DNA from: Escherichia phage vB_EcoM_PTE-Eco05
Sequence record: PQ306573.1
Length of the DNA stretch: 64,000 bases
Reading direction: 5' to 3' (one strand)
Below the pieces are notes generated by a model, which searched no databases, had not been told where the DNA came from, and worked only from the letters and a program-made list of their open reading frames with translations. The stretch's first letter is position 1. The number at the start of each line of letters is the position of its first letter. A program made the position numbers and the translations under genes. Of the stretch, positions 1 through 10,195 are shown piece by piece.

Positions 1-2
1 AA

Positions 3-467
3 ATGCGTCGTACTGATGTTGCTCTTGAAGCGATTAAAGCACTAGGCGAAAATGGTGTAGGATACTGTCCTAGTAAATGGGCACCACCGGCTAAGTATCC
101 TGTTATTATTGATGCTCCACACAGTGAAATCATGGAACGTCTTAAAACAGCTAAAGCACTTATCAATACGTGTCCTGACACGGGTACGGTAGAGAATAGT
201 TCTATTGAAGCCATCTCTAAAGGTGTCCCTGTGATTCAGTTAGTTTTTAAGGATTATCCGCACGCGACATTCGAATACGACCCAGATACTGTGCGTGTAG
301 AAATTGATTCCTCTACTCCTAAGAAAGAAGTAGTTGCGCTTTACACAAAAGCTGTATTAGAATTCACTGACACATACGAAGCTCGAGTTAAACGTGCTGA
401 AGCCGTATGGAAGAAGTATAACCGAGATGCAGTTGTTGCGATGTGGGATAAAATCTTCACAGCGTAA
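3..467 (+). CDS. Hypothetical protein, possibly 5'-truncated by window edge; occupies the position of the gene 60/39 topoisomerase region upstream of rIIA
   Basis: ATG at 3, 154-aa ORF; synteny only, no motif recognised. Confidence 0.3.
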   Translation: MRRTDVALEAIKALGENGVGYCPSKWAPPAKYPVIIDAPHSEIMERLKTAKALINTCPDTGTVENSSIEAISKGVPVIQLVFKDYPHATFEYDPDTVRVEIDSSTPKKEVVALYTKAVLEFTDTYEARVKRAEAVWKKYNRDAVVAMWDKIFTA

Positions 468-559
468 ATCCTGAATCGCCTGAGGCACTATTACACATAA
501 GATGATAGATTATATGGTCTTTAGTAATAGTGCCCTAGGAATCTACTGAAGAGAATATT

Positions 560-760
560 ATGAGAACATATAACGTGGACTTGGAACTTTTTGATAAAGC
601 AGTGCTCCGGGAATTCCGGCTTATCCAAAGATTTTTTGATATCGAATCAGCAGAGTCCTTTAAAGAACGCTTTAAAGAAATTCGATATAAAATACAAACC
701 GATACAGCTACTAAAGAAGAACTTCTTGAAGTAGCAGAAATTTTTAAACGTAACTTGTGA
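560..760 (+). CDS. Small protein at the rIIA.1 position
   Basis: 66-aa ORF directly upstream of rIIA. Confidence 0.4.
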   Translation: MRTYNVDLELFDKAVLREFRLIQRFFDIESAESFKERFKEIRYKIQTDTATKEELLEVAEIFKRNL

Positions 761-772
761 TGAGAGAAAAAT

Positions 773-2986
773 ATGATTATTGAAACGGCTAAAGAAACGA
801 TTATTGGTTCAGGCGGTAAGAGCACAGCATTCACTATTCAAGGCAATAGCAAAGTTTATAAGATTTTGTCTAATGACCTTTATACAAACAAAGAATTGGC
901 TTGTGTACGTGAATTAATCACAAACTGTATTGATGGACAAATTCTTAATGGTTGCACTGATAAGTTTATTGTTCAGGCTCCAGGTCGTTTAGACCCACGT
1001 TTTGTAGTTCGAGACTTTGGTCCTGGTATGAGCGATTTCACCATTCGAGGTAATGACGAAGAGCCAGGAATCTATAACTCATATTTTGCTTCAACTAAAA
1101 CATCGAGTAACGATTTCATTGGTGGATTCGGACTCGGCTCTAAAGCTCCACTAGCATATACTGATACGTTTAACCTTACGTCTTATCACAACGGTGAAGT
1201 TCGTGGTTACGTAATCTACCAAGATGACACGGGTCCCCAGATTAAGCCGACCTTCGTAGATAAGATGGGTCCTGATGACCGGACCGGCGTTGAAGTAGTT
1301 GTGCCTGTTAACCCAGAAGATTTTGAAAAGTTCGCATCCGAAATTGCTTATGTTATGCGTCCTCTCGGCGATATTGCAGAAGTTCGTGGTGTTAAAGATA
1401 TCAAATACTTCCCGGAATTCGATGATGTTTATTTAGCCAAGGAAGCTCCATGGGGTGAACGTGGTAATATCATGGCTGTTTATGGTGGTATTGTATATCC
1501 AATCGGAAGTGTTATTAAAGAACAAACATGGATGATGACGCGATGCACTACAGCTTATATTAAATTCCCTATGGGTGAACTAGATGTAGCCCCGTCTCGT
1601 GAAGCATTGTCATTTGATAAACGTACAGTAGCAAATATCCATAAACGTGTTGCAGAAATCGATGCAAAATTATTTGCTGAAGATTCTAAGAAATGGATTG
1701 ATTGTAAATACCCACGCCATGTGTTCCGTGAAATTGATTCTCTTGGTTATACCGCTCGTAAATACATGGAAAAGGCTGGGTCTAATATTGAATCACTGAA
1801 ATACTCTAAAGAACAGCTAACTTATTCCGAGTTGTACAAACGTTTTAAAATGGGACCTGAGTGGTGTAATCTTGGCATCGTATACGATATCGTTGAATCC
1901 CCTCGTCTTCGTCGTATTCGTGAAAGTGGTAGCTCATCATCAACCATTTCAATTAACAGCCTGATTGGCATTAACATTAAAAACGTTGAAATTGTTATTG
2001 ACGACGTTAAGGGACGCGTTCCATTAATGCGAGCTCTTAATTCAATTGAAATGTCTAAAGACGAGGTTAAATTAACCGGTAAAGTTCCACGCGGTTTTGG
2101 TAAAAGCGTACTATTCGTTGACCCTACAGACGAAGATGCAATGAAACTTCTGGAACGCCTTAAAGTTATCTTTGATGGCGATAACATTAACATGTACAAG
2201 ACTTCAGAGCTTTTACAAATCGTTAAGCCATGGATTGAAGTCAGGAAACGAACTAATGAGCCTCGTCCTAAATCCCCAAGTGCTCATCGGTTCTTTAAGA
2301 ATGAAAACGATGTTTGGGTATCGGAAGATCTCTTTATTCCAGCGAGTGAAGCTGATGAAATCCAAGGTTATGCTATAGTTCGTAATCGTTCTAATGCTGA
2401 ATGTCTTGACGCAGATAAAGGTTGGTTGAACTACGACTCTAATTTCTTGACCCGTATTGCCGATTTGTCAGGTATTAAAGAGTTCACTGTAGTCCGTCCA
2501 CAGATTGCTAAGAAAGTTCGTAAACTTGGTGAAGTAGAATGTTTGTTTGAAAAATCAATTAATGACTATATTATGCTAATCGATAAAGTAGATTATGATG
2601 AGTATGTATCACCAAGTCGTAGAGCACAGCCTTATTTGAATCATATTACTCGTAATGAAGAGCTTAACTTCCTTAGTAAGTATTTTAGCTCTAAGAACAA
2701 AGAAATCAGTAAAGACTTTGCAAAACTCTCAACAGTAAATAATCGTTGGGGATGGAATCGATTCGCAGGTGCTACTAATACAGACCTGAATAAGAAGTTA
2801 GAATTGTGTGCTAAAATTTTCGATAAGCTTAAAGATAATGCTTATGATAATGATAATAAAATGGTTATTGAATTCGAAACCAATTATCATATTGTGTCAG
2901 AATACATGGGACGACGTGGTACTCTTTCAAAAGAACAGGTCGCTCAAATCGTTAAATTCATGAAGGCCGTGGAAGCGGCCAAATAA
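773..2986 (+). CDS. rIIA: rIIA lysis-inhibition/membrane-integrity protein with N-terminal GHKL ATPase fold
   Basis: 737 aa; GHKL motifs ELITNCID, RDFGPGM, GGFGLGSKA; followed directly by rIIB. Confidence 0.85.
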   Translation: MIIETAKETIIGSGGKSTAFTIQGNSKVYKILSNDLYTNKELACVRELITNCIDGQILNGCTDKFIVQAPGRLDPRFVVRDFGPGMSDFTIRGNDEEPGIYNSYFASTKTSSNDFIGGFGLGSKAPLAYTDTFNLTSYHNGEVRGYVIYQDDTGPQIKPTFVDKMGPDDRTGVEVVVPVNPEDFEKFASEIAYVMRPLGDIAEVRGVKDIKYFPEFDDVYLAKEAPWGERGNIMAVYGGIVYPIGSVIKEQTWMMTRCTTAYIKFPMGELDVAPSREALSFDKRTVANIHKRVAEIDAKLFAEDSKKWIDCKYPRHVFREIDSLGYTARKYMEKAGSNIESLKYSKEQLTYSELYKRFKMGPEWCNLGIVYDIVESPRLRRIRESGSSSSTISINSLIGINIKNVEIVIDDVKGRVPLMRALNSIEMSKDEVKLTGKVPRGFGKSVLFVDPTDEDAMKLLERLKVIFDGDNINMYKTSELLQIVKPWIEVRKRTNEPRPKSPSAHRFFKNENDVWVSEDLFIPASEADEIQGYAIVRNRSNAECLDADKGWLNYDSNFLTRIADLSGIKEFTVVRPQIAKKVRKLGEVECLFEKSINDYIMLIDKVDYDEYVSPSRRAQPYLNHITRNEELNFLSKYFSSKNKEISKDFAKLSTVNNRWGWNRFAGATNTDLNKKLELCAKIFDKLKDNAYDNDNKMVIEFETNYHIVSEYMGRRGTLSKEQVAQIVKFMKAVEAAK

Positions 2987-2995
2987 GGAAACATT

Positions 2996-3922
2996 ATGTA
3001 CAATATCAAATGCTTGTCCAAAGAAGAACAGTTAGAAGCTTACAGACTGGTTGAATCAGATCAATGGACCCGTCGGGAAATTGCTGATTACTTCGACATT
3101 TCAACAGATACTCTTCGTAAGATTGTTAAGAATTTTAAAGCCGAAGATGAGACTTCGAAAGTTGAAGAAGTTCCAGAAAATGATGAACCTATTATCGGCG
3201 GCCATCGTCCTGAAATCGTATGGAATGCGTCATCTAAATTTATTTCAATTATTGAAGGACGCGTAGCATACAATGCGACTCCATCAAGTCATGCAAATTT
3301 TGAAGAAATTAAAGCTAATCTGGTCGCAGGAAACCTTAGTAAAGCTGTCGAACTTATTAACATCAAGAAAGCTATTAGTAAGTTTGTTGACGGTAATGTT
3401 GTTATTGAAGGTGGTAGTTTATTTTATCAAGGTATAGAAATTCGTTCAGGACTGGTTAATCGTATTATTGATTCTATGGAAAAAGGCGAAGACTTTAAAT
3501 TCTATCTGCCGTTCCTTGAAAACCTGTTAGAAAACCCAAGCGAAAAAGCTGTACAACGTTTATTCGACTTCTTGGTTGCAAACGATATTGAAATCACTGA
3601 AGATGGGCATTTCTATGCGTGGAAAGTAGTTCGTAAGGACTATTTAGACTGCTATAGTGGTACATTTGATAACTCCCCAGGTAAAGTTGTTTCAATGCCT
3701 CGTACTCGAGTTAACGACGATGATACTCAAACCTGTTCTCGCGGTCTCCATGTTTGTGCTAAATCTTATATTCGCCACTTTGGTTCAAGCTCAGATAAAG
3801 TTGTGAAAGTTAAAGTTCATCCACGTGATGTTGTATCCATCCCGGTTGACTATGGTGATGCTAAGATGCGTACATGTCGTTATGAAGTAATTTCAGACGT
3901 TACTGAATTGTTTGCAGAATAA
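2996..3922 (+). CDS. rIIB: rIIB protein
   Basis: 308 aa; N-terminus MYNIKCL and C-terminal region match remembered T4 rIIB. Confidence 0.9.
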   Translation: MYNIKCLSKEEQLEAYRLVESDQWTRREIADYFDISTDTLRKIVKNFKAEDETSKVEEVPENDEPIIGGHRPEIVWNASSKFISIIEGRVAYNATPSSHANFEEIKANLVAGNLSKAVELINIKKAISKFVDGNVVIEGGSLFYQGIEIRSGLVNRIIDSMEKGEDFKFYLPFLENLLENPSEKAVQRLFDFLVANDIEITEDGHFYAWKVVRKDYLDCYSGTFDNSPGKVVSMPRTRVNDDDTQTCSRGLHVCAKSYIRHFGSSSDKVVKVKVHPRDVVSIPVDYGDAKMRTCRYEVISDVTELFAE

Positions 3923-3927
3923 TAATT

Positions 3928-3949
3928 GGGGACTTCGGTCCCCTTTTTT
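3928..3949 (+). terminator. Rho-independent terminator, UUCG tetraloop hairpin
   Basis: GGGGAC-TTCG-GTCCCC followed by TTTTTT. Confidence 0.7.
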
Positions 3950-3963
3950 CTTTAGGGGTAATT

Positions 3964-4251
3964 ATGATTCATCCATTTGACGTATCAGAATCCAAAATTG
4001 CTAATCTTCGTGGTCATCATAAGTGTAAATCAGTTTATTGTGCTAAATTGGTAAAACATCCTGGCGATGCACACTACGGCTGGTTAGAATGCGACGAAGT
4101 TGTTATTGAAATTCCGCCTGTAGATGCAGAATATCTTGAAGAAGGTGACCGCATTTATTTTGGCGAACTACACATCAGAGGTATCTATGGTAAAGACGAA
4201 CTTGGGGCTGTTGAGGCTGAAGAGTCTTCCGACATTTATCCTGTCGAATGA
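3964..4251 (+). CDS. Hypothetical small protein
   Basis: 95-aa ORF with RBS AGGGG upstream; overlaps the next ORF. Confidence 0.35.
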   Translation: MIHPFDVSESKIANLRGHHKCKSVYCAKLVKHPGDAHYGWLECDEVVIEIPPVDAEYLEEGDRIYFGELHIRGIYGKDELGAVEAEESSDIYPVE

Positions 4252-4744
4252 GTTTTTGACTAGCGAAATGAAGGTTAAGATCGCTGATACTGCTCGGTAC
4301 TCGTTGAAACAAGATCCAGGTCAAATAAAAGAAGACGTTGTTCGACGTTGTAAGGTTGCAGTCTTTGCAGAGTATGTAGTAGCAAATTGGCTAGACGGAT
4401 ATGTTAATAAAGGTAATGAAGACGTAGAAGACCCGTACACGTATGCATGGGACGTTTTAGCTCATCCTAAGTACTGTGGTCTACGCGTAGAAGTAAAGAC
4501 CCATCAGATGGATTCGAAATGGATTTCGGTTACCACAGGATACAGTGGTGATTATCCGGGTGGTAATGGAATCAATATAGGGCCCTTCTTGAACCATCGA
4601 GTCGCAGATTGCATTATTATATTAGATGTCAAAGAAACCTCACCTGACGTCTTCTCTTATTCTATAAAGTTCGTGGGAGACCATGAAGACCTAAAGAAAA
4701 TCGTCCGCAAGAGCAACTACAACGGGTGGTATCTTCATCTTTAA
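4187..4744 (+). CDS. denB: Putative endonuclease IV (DenB-like) by position and length
   Basis: 185 aa from ATG 4187 with AGAGG RBS; sits where denB lies after rIIB in T4; no motif verified. Confidence 0.4.
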   Translation: MVKTNLGLLRLKSLPTFILSNEFLTSEMKVKIADTARYSLKQDPGQIKEDVVRRCKVAVFAEYVVANWLDGYVNKGNEDVEDPYTYAWDVLAHPKYCGLRVEVKTHQMDSKWISVTTGYSGDYPGGNGINIGPFLNHRVADCIIILDVKETSPDVFSYSIKFVGDHEDLKKIVRKSNYNGWYLHL

Positions 4745-4756
4745 TTTCATAAAAGT

Positions 4757-4786
4757 GTTTACAACTAAGTAGGACTATGATATAGT
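4757..4786 (+). promoter_or_regulatory. T4-type early promoter
   Basis: GTTTAC-N18-TATAGT; inverted repeat AGGACTA/TAGTCCT straddles the -10. Confidence 0.55.
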
Positions 4787-4812
4787 AGTCCTATCTAAAA
4801 GAAGATAACATC

Positions 4813-5076
4813 ATGAAATTTAAATTTTTCTACGCAAAACATAAAGTAACAGGCGAATTTGTTTCAATGTGCAACACTGCAGATGACGAAGGGATGATTT
4901 ATACCCATTTGGGTCTATCTCATTGGGACTCGGACGTGCCTTATATGTCATCTGAAGCCGAAATAACTCGTTTAGTTAACGGACATATGAACGACCATTT
5001 TGGTATTATTCTTTCTAAAGACCTTAAAGAGGTTATCAACAAAGGATATATGGAACTCGCGGAAGTTGAGATATGA
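4813..5076 (+). CDS. Hypothetical early protein
   Basis: 87-aa ORF downstream of early promoter. Confidence 0.45.
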   Translation: MKFKFFYAKHKVTGEFVSMCNTADDEGMIYTHLGLSHWDSDVPYMSSEAEITRLVNGHMNDHFGIILSKDLKEVINKGYMELAEVEI

Positions 5077-5268
5077 GCTCTAAAATGTGGATAGGAATAT
5101 GGTTGCTTAGTATCCCAATGATTTGTATAATATTTTCAATTGTGTTGAGGTACTTATGAAAAATGCACTTCTTATTGTACTAAGAACAATTTGTGATGCG
5201 TGGTTTTACATCGCATGTTCGTTCACTGGAACATGGTTGGCTTTAACATATTTTAATGTAATTTAATT

Positions 5269-5298
5269 GTTTACAACAAGGTAGGATTATGGTATAGT
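5269..5298 (+). promoter_or_regulatory. T4-type early promoter
   Basis: GTTTAC-N18-TATAGT with inverted repeat GTAGGATTA/TAGTCCTAC. Confidence 0.55.
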
Positions 5299-5326
5299 AG
5301 TCCTACTGAAACATGAGGAACACAAA

Positions 5327-5527
5327 ATGGCTAAGCTTTTTAAAGATGTTGAAATTGGTGAAAAATTTGTTCTGAATAACGGTCAGCAGCTTATTCGTGT
5401 AGCTTCTATCGCCGGACAAACTCATAACTGTATCGCCCCAACGTGTTGGACTCGATTCTTTATTGAAGATGACACTGAATGTTTAACTGTTGAAGAGCTT
5501 TTTGAACGTTCTGATATAGCCGAATAA
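5327..5527 (+). CDS. Hypothetical early protein
   Basis: 66-aa ORF with GAGGAA RBS. Confidence 0.45.
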   Translation: MAKLFKDVEIGEKFVLNNGQQLIRVASIAGQTHNCIAPTCWTRFFIEDDTECLTVEELFERSDIAE

Positions 5528-5529
5528 AA

Positions 5530-5559
5530 TTGTACAAACTCTTGAGAGCAGAGTATAAT
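5530..5559 (+). promoter_or_regulatory. T4-type early promoter
   Basis: TTGTAC-N18-TATAAT; inverted repeat GAGAGC/GCTCTC flanks the -10. Confidence 0.5.
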
Positions 5560-5605
5560 GCTCTCATGGATTACAAAAAAACATTAATCAATTGAGGAAA
5601 TTAGC

Positions 5606-6052
5606 ATGTCCAAATATTTAACTCGTAAAGACCTTCTGGCAGTTGGCGGTGAAGTTGTTGCAGTAGTTCGTAATGGCGAATACGGTTCTGAAGTTTCTAA
5701 AGAGTTTCGTTCTCGTGAAGGTTTTTACTTCTTCGTTAAAGGTTCATCTGATTGGCGACAAGTAGCAGCACGATTCTTTGTAGGACGTCAACGTTCTAAA
5801 CAAGGGTTGGATGCAATTCTTTCTCACATTCGTCAAGGCCGTTCGCAACTAGCCCGTACCATGGGCACTAACAATATTGAATATGATGTAATCTTTGTTG
5901 CAGCTAAGAACATGAAACCACTGACCACTGGTTATGGTAAAGGTCAATTGGCTCTGGCATTCACTCGCAACCATACATCAGAATATCAAACACTCACTGA
6001 AATGAACCGTCTTCTGGCTGATAATTTCAAATTCATTCTGCAGAGTTACTAA
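5606..6052 (+). CDS. ndd: Nucleoid disruption protein Ndd
   Basis: 148 aa; strong match to remembered T4 Ndd (e.g. RFYVGxQRSKQG, SHIRQxRSQLART, [20 protein letters not shown]). Confidence 0.85.
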   Translation: MSKYLTRKDLLAVGGEVVAVVRNGEYGSEVSKEFRSREGFYFFVKGSSDWRQVAARFFVGRQRSKQGLDAILSHIRQGRSQLARTMGTNNIEYDVIFVAAKNMKPLTTGYGKGQLALAFTRNHTSEYQTLTEMNRLLADNFKFILQSY

Positions 6053-6104
6053 TTTATACAGGCCTATTAAGTTAGGCCTTTAATTTATTTTTGAGGTAAT
6101 TAAA

Positions 6105-6251
6105 ATGGTATCATGGATTATTGCATTGTTGTGTTGGTCGTTTTTATTCGTTAACACTTTAGTTACAGGCGAAACAACGGTATTTCAACAGGCCGTATCA
6201 CAAGGCACCTTAGCGGTCTTAGCTCTTCTTAACGTGTTAAAAGGCGAGTAA
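6105..6251 (+). CDS. Small hydrophobic membrane peptide (48 aa), possibly ac/52.1-like
   Basis: Not in ORF track; ATG 6105, hydrophobic MVSWIIALLCWSFLFV; stop overlaps next start (TAATG). Confidence 0.35.
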   Translation: MVSWIIALLCWSFLFVNTLVTGETTVFQQAVSQGTLAVLALLNVLKGE

Positions 6252-6391
6252 TGATTAAGAAAATCTTAGCAGGAGCCTTCGGGCTCTTGTTGTTGCTTAC
6301 GGTTCTGTACTACGGTGTGATGTTTGGACTAATCCAAGTAGTGCTTTTCATTTCAGATGTTATAATGGTTATTCGTTCATTAATATGGTGA
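6251..6391 (+). CDS. Small hydrophobic membrane peptide (46 aa)
   Basis: Not in ORF track; MIKKILAGAFGLLLLLTVLYYGV; ends 4 nt before gene 52. Confidence 0.35.
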   Translation: MIKKILAGAFGLLLLLTVLYYGVMFGLIQVVLFISDVIMVIRSLIW

Positions 6392-6395
6392 AAAT

Positions 6396-7721
6396 ATGCA
6401 ATTGAATTCTCGTAATCTAAAAAGTATTATTGATAACGAAGCCTTAGCATATGCGATGTACACCGTTGAAAACCGTGCAATCCCAAACATGATTGATGGA
6501 TTTAAGCCGGTTCAACGTTTTGTGGTTCATCGTGCGTTAGATTTGGCTCGTGGTAATAAAGAAAAATTTCATAAACTTGCGTCAATTGCAGGAGGTGTTG
6601 CAGATTTAGGTTATCACCATGGTGAATCTTCTGCACAAGATGCAGGTGCATTGATGGCTAACACATGGAACAACAACTATCCACTGTTAGATGGCCAAGG
6701 CAACTTTGGTTCTAGAACAGTCCAAAAAGCTGCAGCATCTCGTTATATTTTTGCTCGTGTAAGTAAAAATTTCTATAACGTATATAAAGACACTGAATAT
6801 GCTCCAGCTCATGAAGATAAAGAACATATTCCACCAAAATTCTATCTTCCTATTATTCCGACAGTTCTTTTGAATGGTGTCTCTGGTATTGCAACCGGTT
6901 ACGCAACAAATATTCTGCCTCATAGTTTTAAATCAGTCAAAAAGGCTGTATTACAAGCTCTTCAAGGTAAAAATGTCACTAAGCCAAAAGTTGAATTCCC
7001 GGAATTCCGTGGTGAAGTACATGAAGTTGATGGGCGTTATGAGATTCACGGAACATATAAGTTCACGTCTCGCACTCAAATGCAGATAACTGAAATCCCA
7101 TATAAATTCGACCGTGAAACGTATGTGAGTAAGGTTCTTGACCCGTTGGAAGACAAAGGTCTAATCTCATGGGAAGATGATTGTGGTGAACACGGCTTTG
7201 GGTTTAAGGTGAAGTTCCGTAAAGAGTACTCGCTTCCTGATGATGAAGAGCTACGTCATGAAAAAATCATGAAAGATTTTAGTCTCATCGAACGTCGTTC
7301 ACAAAACATCACAGTGATTAATGAAAAGGGTAAATTAGCGGTCTACGATAACGTAGTGGACTTAATCAAAGATTTTGTTGAAGTCCGTAAGACTTACGTT
7401 CAGAAACGTATTGACAACAAAATCCTTGAATCTGAAAAAGCATTTAAACTGGCTTTTGCTAAGGCGCACTTCATCAAAAAAGTTATCAACGGTGAAATTG
7501 TGATTCAAGGCAAGACTCGTAAAGCTTTGACTGAAGAGCTAGCACAAATCGAAATGTATAAAGAACATGTCGATAAACTGGTAGGTCTTAACATCTTCCA
7601 TATCACTTCCGATGAAGCACGTAAATTAGCAGAAGAAGCTAAAGCTAAGAAAGAAGAAAATGAGTATTGGAAGTCTACTGATGTTGTGACAGAGTACACT
7701 AAAGACTTGGAGGCACTTTGA
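6396..7721 (+). CDS. 52: DNA topoisomerase II medium subunit (GyrA-like)
   Basis: 441 aa; FKPVQRFVVHRAL and YHHGESS motifs; T4 gp52 length. Confidence 0.9.
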   Translation: MQLNSRNLKSIIDNEALAYAMYTVENRAIPNMIDGFKPVQRFVVHRALDLARGNKEKFHKLASIAGGVADLGYHHGESSAQDAGALMANTWNNNYPLLDGQGNFGSRTVQKAAASRYIFARVSKNFYNVYKDTEYAPAHEDKEHIPPKFYLPIIPTVLLNGVSGIATGYATNILPHSFKSVKKAVLQALQGKNVTKPKVEFPEFRGEVHEVDGRYEIHGTYKFTSRTQMQITEIPYKFDRETYVSKVLDPLEDKGLISWEDDCGEHGFGFKVKFRKEYSLPDDEELRHEKIMKDFSLIERRSQNITVINEKGKLAVYDNVVDLIKDFVEVRKTYVQKRIDNKILESEKAFKLAFAKAHFIKKVINGEIVIQGKTRKALTEELAQIEMYKEHVDKLVGLNIFHITSDEARKLAEEAKAKKEENEYWKSTDVVTEYTKDLEAL

Positions 7722-7797
7722 GTGCCCTAGCCTTAGGATTTCTCGGTGCAATAGCTGCACTAGTGATTTGGCTGTATTGGTTGGACAAACATGATTA

Positions 7798-7817
7798 GGG
7801 AGCTTCGGCTCCCTTTT
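7798..7817 (+). terminator. Rho-independent terminator, UUCG hairpin
   Basis: GGGAGC-TTCG-GCTCCC + TTTTG. Confidence 0.65.
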
Positions 7818-7841
7818 GTGCATTTTTTTCCTCACAAAACA

Positions 7842-7870
7842 GTTTACATGTGCTTCAAACATGATATTAT
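7842..7870 (+). promoter_or_regulatory. Early/middle promoter upstream of motA
   Basis: GTTTAC-N17-TATTAT; TGCTTCA (MotA-box-like) in the spacer. Confidence 0.5.
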
Positions 7871-7909
7871 AGACCTATCAAAACAAAACAACCAAATTGG
7901 AGAAATAAA

Positions 7910-8542
7910 ATGTCTAAAGTTACTTACATCATCAAAGCTTCTGAAAACGCTCTGAATGAAAAAACTGCTGCAATAATGGTTTATATCATTAAGAACAACT
8001 TCACCACTGCTGCCAATGTCCGTGAAGCTCTGGAAGCGGAATACAACGCATCGGTTGTTAACTCTAACATTGGTGTATTGATTAAGAAAGGTTTAGTCGA
8101 AAAATCCGGTGATGGACTTGTAGCAACAGGCGAAGCAATGGATATTATCCAAAAAGCTGCAGACCTCTTTGCCCAAGAAAATGCTCCAGAACTTCTTCAG
8201 AAACGTAACACTAGAAAAGCACGTGGAGTTACTCCTGAAATGCATGAATTAGCAAACTTTGTTTTTGAAAATATTAAAGATAAAGTTGAAGTTAAAGAAA
8301 TTGGTGAAAACCGTAGTAACTTGGAAGTTCGATTTGCAAAACGAGTTCTAGGTATTCGTCAGATCGAAATTCGTCGAGATGGTTCTCTTAGAATCTTTGC
8401 ATACAACATGTCAGAAACTGAATCAAAGCTGTTTACTTCTCTTGAAAATGATGTTAAGATTAAGATCGGTGGTAAATATACTTACATTGACTTCCCTAAT
8501 GTGTCCAAAGAAATCATTACCCTTGTAACTAATGTACTGTGA
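7910..8542 (+). CDS. motA: Middle-transcription activator MotA
   Basis: 210 aa; N-terminus MSKVTYIIKAS and internal NSNIGVLIKKGLVEKSGDGL match T4 MotA. Confidence 0.9.
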   Translation: MSKVTYIIKASENALNEKTAAIMVYIIKNNFTTAANVREALEAEYNASVVNSNIGVLIKKGLVEKSGDGLVATGEAMDIIQKAADLFAQENAPELLQKRNTRKARGVTPEMHELANFVFENIKDKVEVKEIGENRSNLEVRFAKRVLGIRQIEIRRDGSLRIFAYNMSETESKLFTSLENDVKIKIGGKYTYIDFPNVSKEIITLVTNVL

Positions 8543-8552
8543 GGAATACATA

Positions 8553-8882
8553 ATGAATAAGCTGAATATTATTAACGAACTTCGTAAATGTGCAGAACCT
8601 ACTCAGGAAGGATGGGATATTTGGTACCACGGGGCTTATTTAGGGACAATTGTAAAGATTAAAGCAGGCCAATATACGGTTATTCGTGAAAATAATGACG
8701 CACCATTTGGCCTTCGTAAAAACTACATGGCAGCGATCAGTTCATTTGTTGATGCAGCTTACGAAATCTATAAAGAAGATTATAAAGAATATCAGCAGTC
8801 ACAACCGGTTATTCGTTCGATTGGTGTAAATAAACAAGCACAAAAATCTATTTGGCAACGTATTAAAGGATGGTTTAAATGA
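8553..8882 (+). CDS. Hypothetical early protein
   Basis: ORF-track frame 8532..8882; ATG 8553 preferred (GAGG RBS, clears motA stop). Confidence 0.45.
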   Translation: MNKLNIINELRKCAEPTQEGWDIWYHGAYLGTIVKIKAGQYTVIRENNDAPFGLRKNYMAAISSFVDAAYEIYKEDYKEYQQSQPVIRSIGVNKQAQKSIWQRIKGWFK

Positions 8883-9340
8883 AAACTTTTAAAGAACGTT
8901 TAGCTCTGTTAGATAAAGCTTTGTCGCGTGAGACTCCGGAAAGTCTGGCTGCTAAATTAGCTTCTTACGGCGGCGAATATACAGAACAAAATGTTTTAGA
9001 TGAAGTTCCTGAAATCTGTTGGCAGACTCTGTATTGGGATGAAAACCAAAAGTATCAACGTCGAATTGTCTGTGCAGCCAACCGTTTTAAATTAAAAGAT
9101 GGACGAACTCTTATTATTCCAGGTGCTCGTCATTATTCTAAAGATATGGCAGAAGTTTTAGATGTAGTTAAACCTCAATTAGTTACTCAACAAGTTTGTG
9201 GTGACGACCAAGGCTTTATCGACCAATATAGTAATTATTGGACACGTGAAGAAGCAATGATTATTGCAACTTACGCTGGACAAGTACGTATTGAACGTGG
9301 TGGTAATGAAAAAGAACTTTACTCTGAGGACCTTTACTAA
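8879..9340 (+). CDS. Hypothetical early protein
   Basis: 153-aa ORF, start overlaps upstream stop (ATGA). Confidence 0.5.
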   Translation: MKTFKERLALLDKALSRETPESLAAKLASYGGEYTEQNVLDEVPEICWQTLYWDENQKYQRRIVCAANRFKLKDGRTLIIPGARHYSKDMAEVLDVVKPQLVTQQVCGDDQGFIDQYSNYWTREEAMIIATYAGQVRIERGGNEKELYSEDLY

Positions 9341-9621
9341 TGAATCTTAAACAACTCCAGATTGATGCTATTGAAGCCCACATTAATCATATCAAACGCC
9401 TGAATGCTATGATGGAAGAAAATTATGGTATGTATGCTAATCAGCCTGGTTGGGATGCTTTAGACCATCCTTATTTGGTTAATTTATGTAAAGGTGATAC
9501 GTTAGCAATTATTCGTGATGGGTTAAAACCTTTCTTGCGCGACATGTATATTAAAATGAACGAAGAAATTATTAGCTCGTTGCAATATCAATTAAGGAAA
9601 TTAGATGATGAGAATAATTGA
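9340..9621 (+). CDS. Hypothetical early protein
   Basis: 93-aa ORF, coupled to upstream ORF. Confidence 0.5.
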   Translation: MNLKQLQIDAIEAHINHIKRLNAMMEENYGMYANQPGWDALDHPYLVNLCKGDTLAIIRDGLKPFLRDMYIKMNEEIISSLQYQLRKLDDENN

Positions 9622-9823
9622 TTCTAAAGCAGATTATTTTAATTCTGTTAATGATAAGAATAAAGCTTTAATTCGCCACTTTATTACTGAGATGGGATAT
9701 ACCGACTCTAAAGATTTGAAAGAGCACATTATCGAATGTTCTGTGGCTAAAAAGTTTTCTTTCACAGACAAATGTTTAAACGAGGTTATAAATCATTATG
9801 AACAATCTTGTAGCAAAACATGA
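9605..9823 (+). CDS. Hypothetical early protein
   Basis: 72-aa ORF. Confidence 0.45.
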   Translation: MMRIIDSKADYFNSVNDKNKALIRHFITEMGYTDSKDLKEHIIECSVAKKFSFTDKCLNEVINHYEQSCSKT

Positions 9824-9905
9824 TTTCAATAAGGCTTCTGTTCATAAGGACAAGAAGAAATCGGAACTTCAATCTAAACGCAAACAAAAACATAAGGGTA
9901 AAGAC

Positions 9906-10194
9906 TATGCTTACTAAAATCAAAGAAAATCCTGCCACTGAACTTGTTATTCGATGTGAAGAACTTGCAGAGCTTTATCAGGTTAACCGAGAAGTGTATC
10001 GTAGTGTTGTTGTAGATATGGCAGACGAAGTATGTTCTCGTATTCCTTTTAGTGTCGATTTCAATCACATGAAGCCTGGTGAAATCACTATCGTCTTTGG
10101 TTCTGACTATACTGAAGAACGGGCTCTTAATGTCCTAGAATATGAAATGTCATTCTTTGACATACAGGACTACATTGATAGTTATAAGGAATGA
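9906..10194 (+). CDS. Small acidic protein; candidate Arn-like anti-restriction protein by position and composition
   Basis: 96 aa from ATG 9906 (AAGGG RBS); alternative in-frame start 9820; acidic; arn lies near asiA in T4. Confidence 0.35.
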
Positions 10195-10195
10195 T

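Noticed and set aside
1822-2199. 125-aa minus-strand ORF inside rIIA (similar antisense ORFs occur inside 37, 34, 32, alt, 29 and uvsW)
   Set aside because: Fully embedded antisense to strongly supported genes, no RBS, low-complexity translations; treated as frame noise.
4124-4744. ORF-track start at 4124 for the denB-like gene (206 aa)
   Set aside because: Would overlap the preceding ORF by 128 nt; the internal ATG at 4187 has an AGAGG RBS and gives the T4-like 185-aa length.
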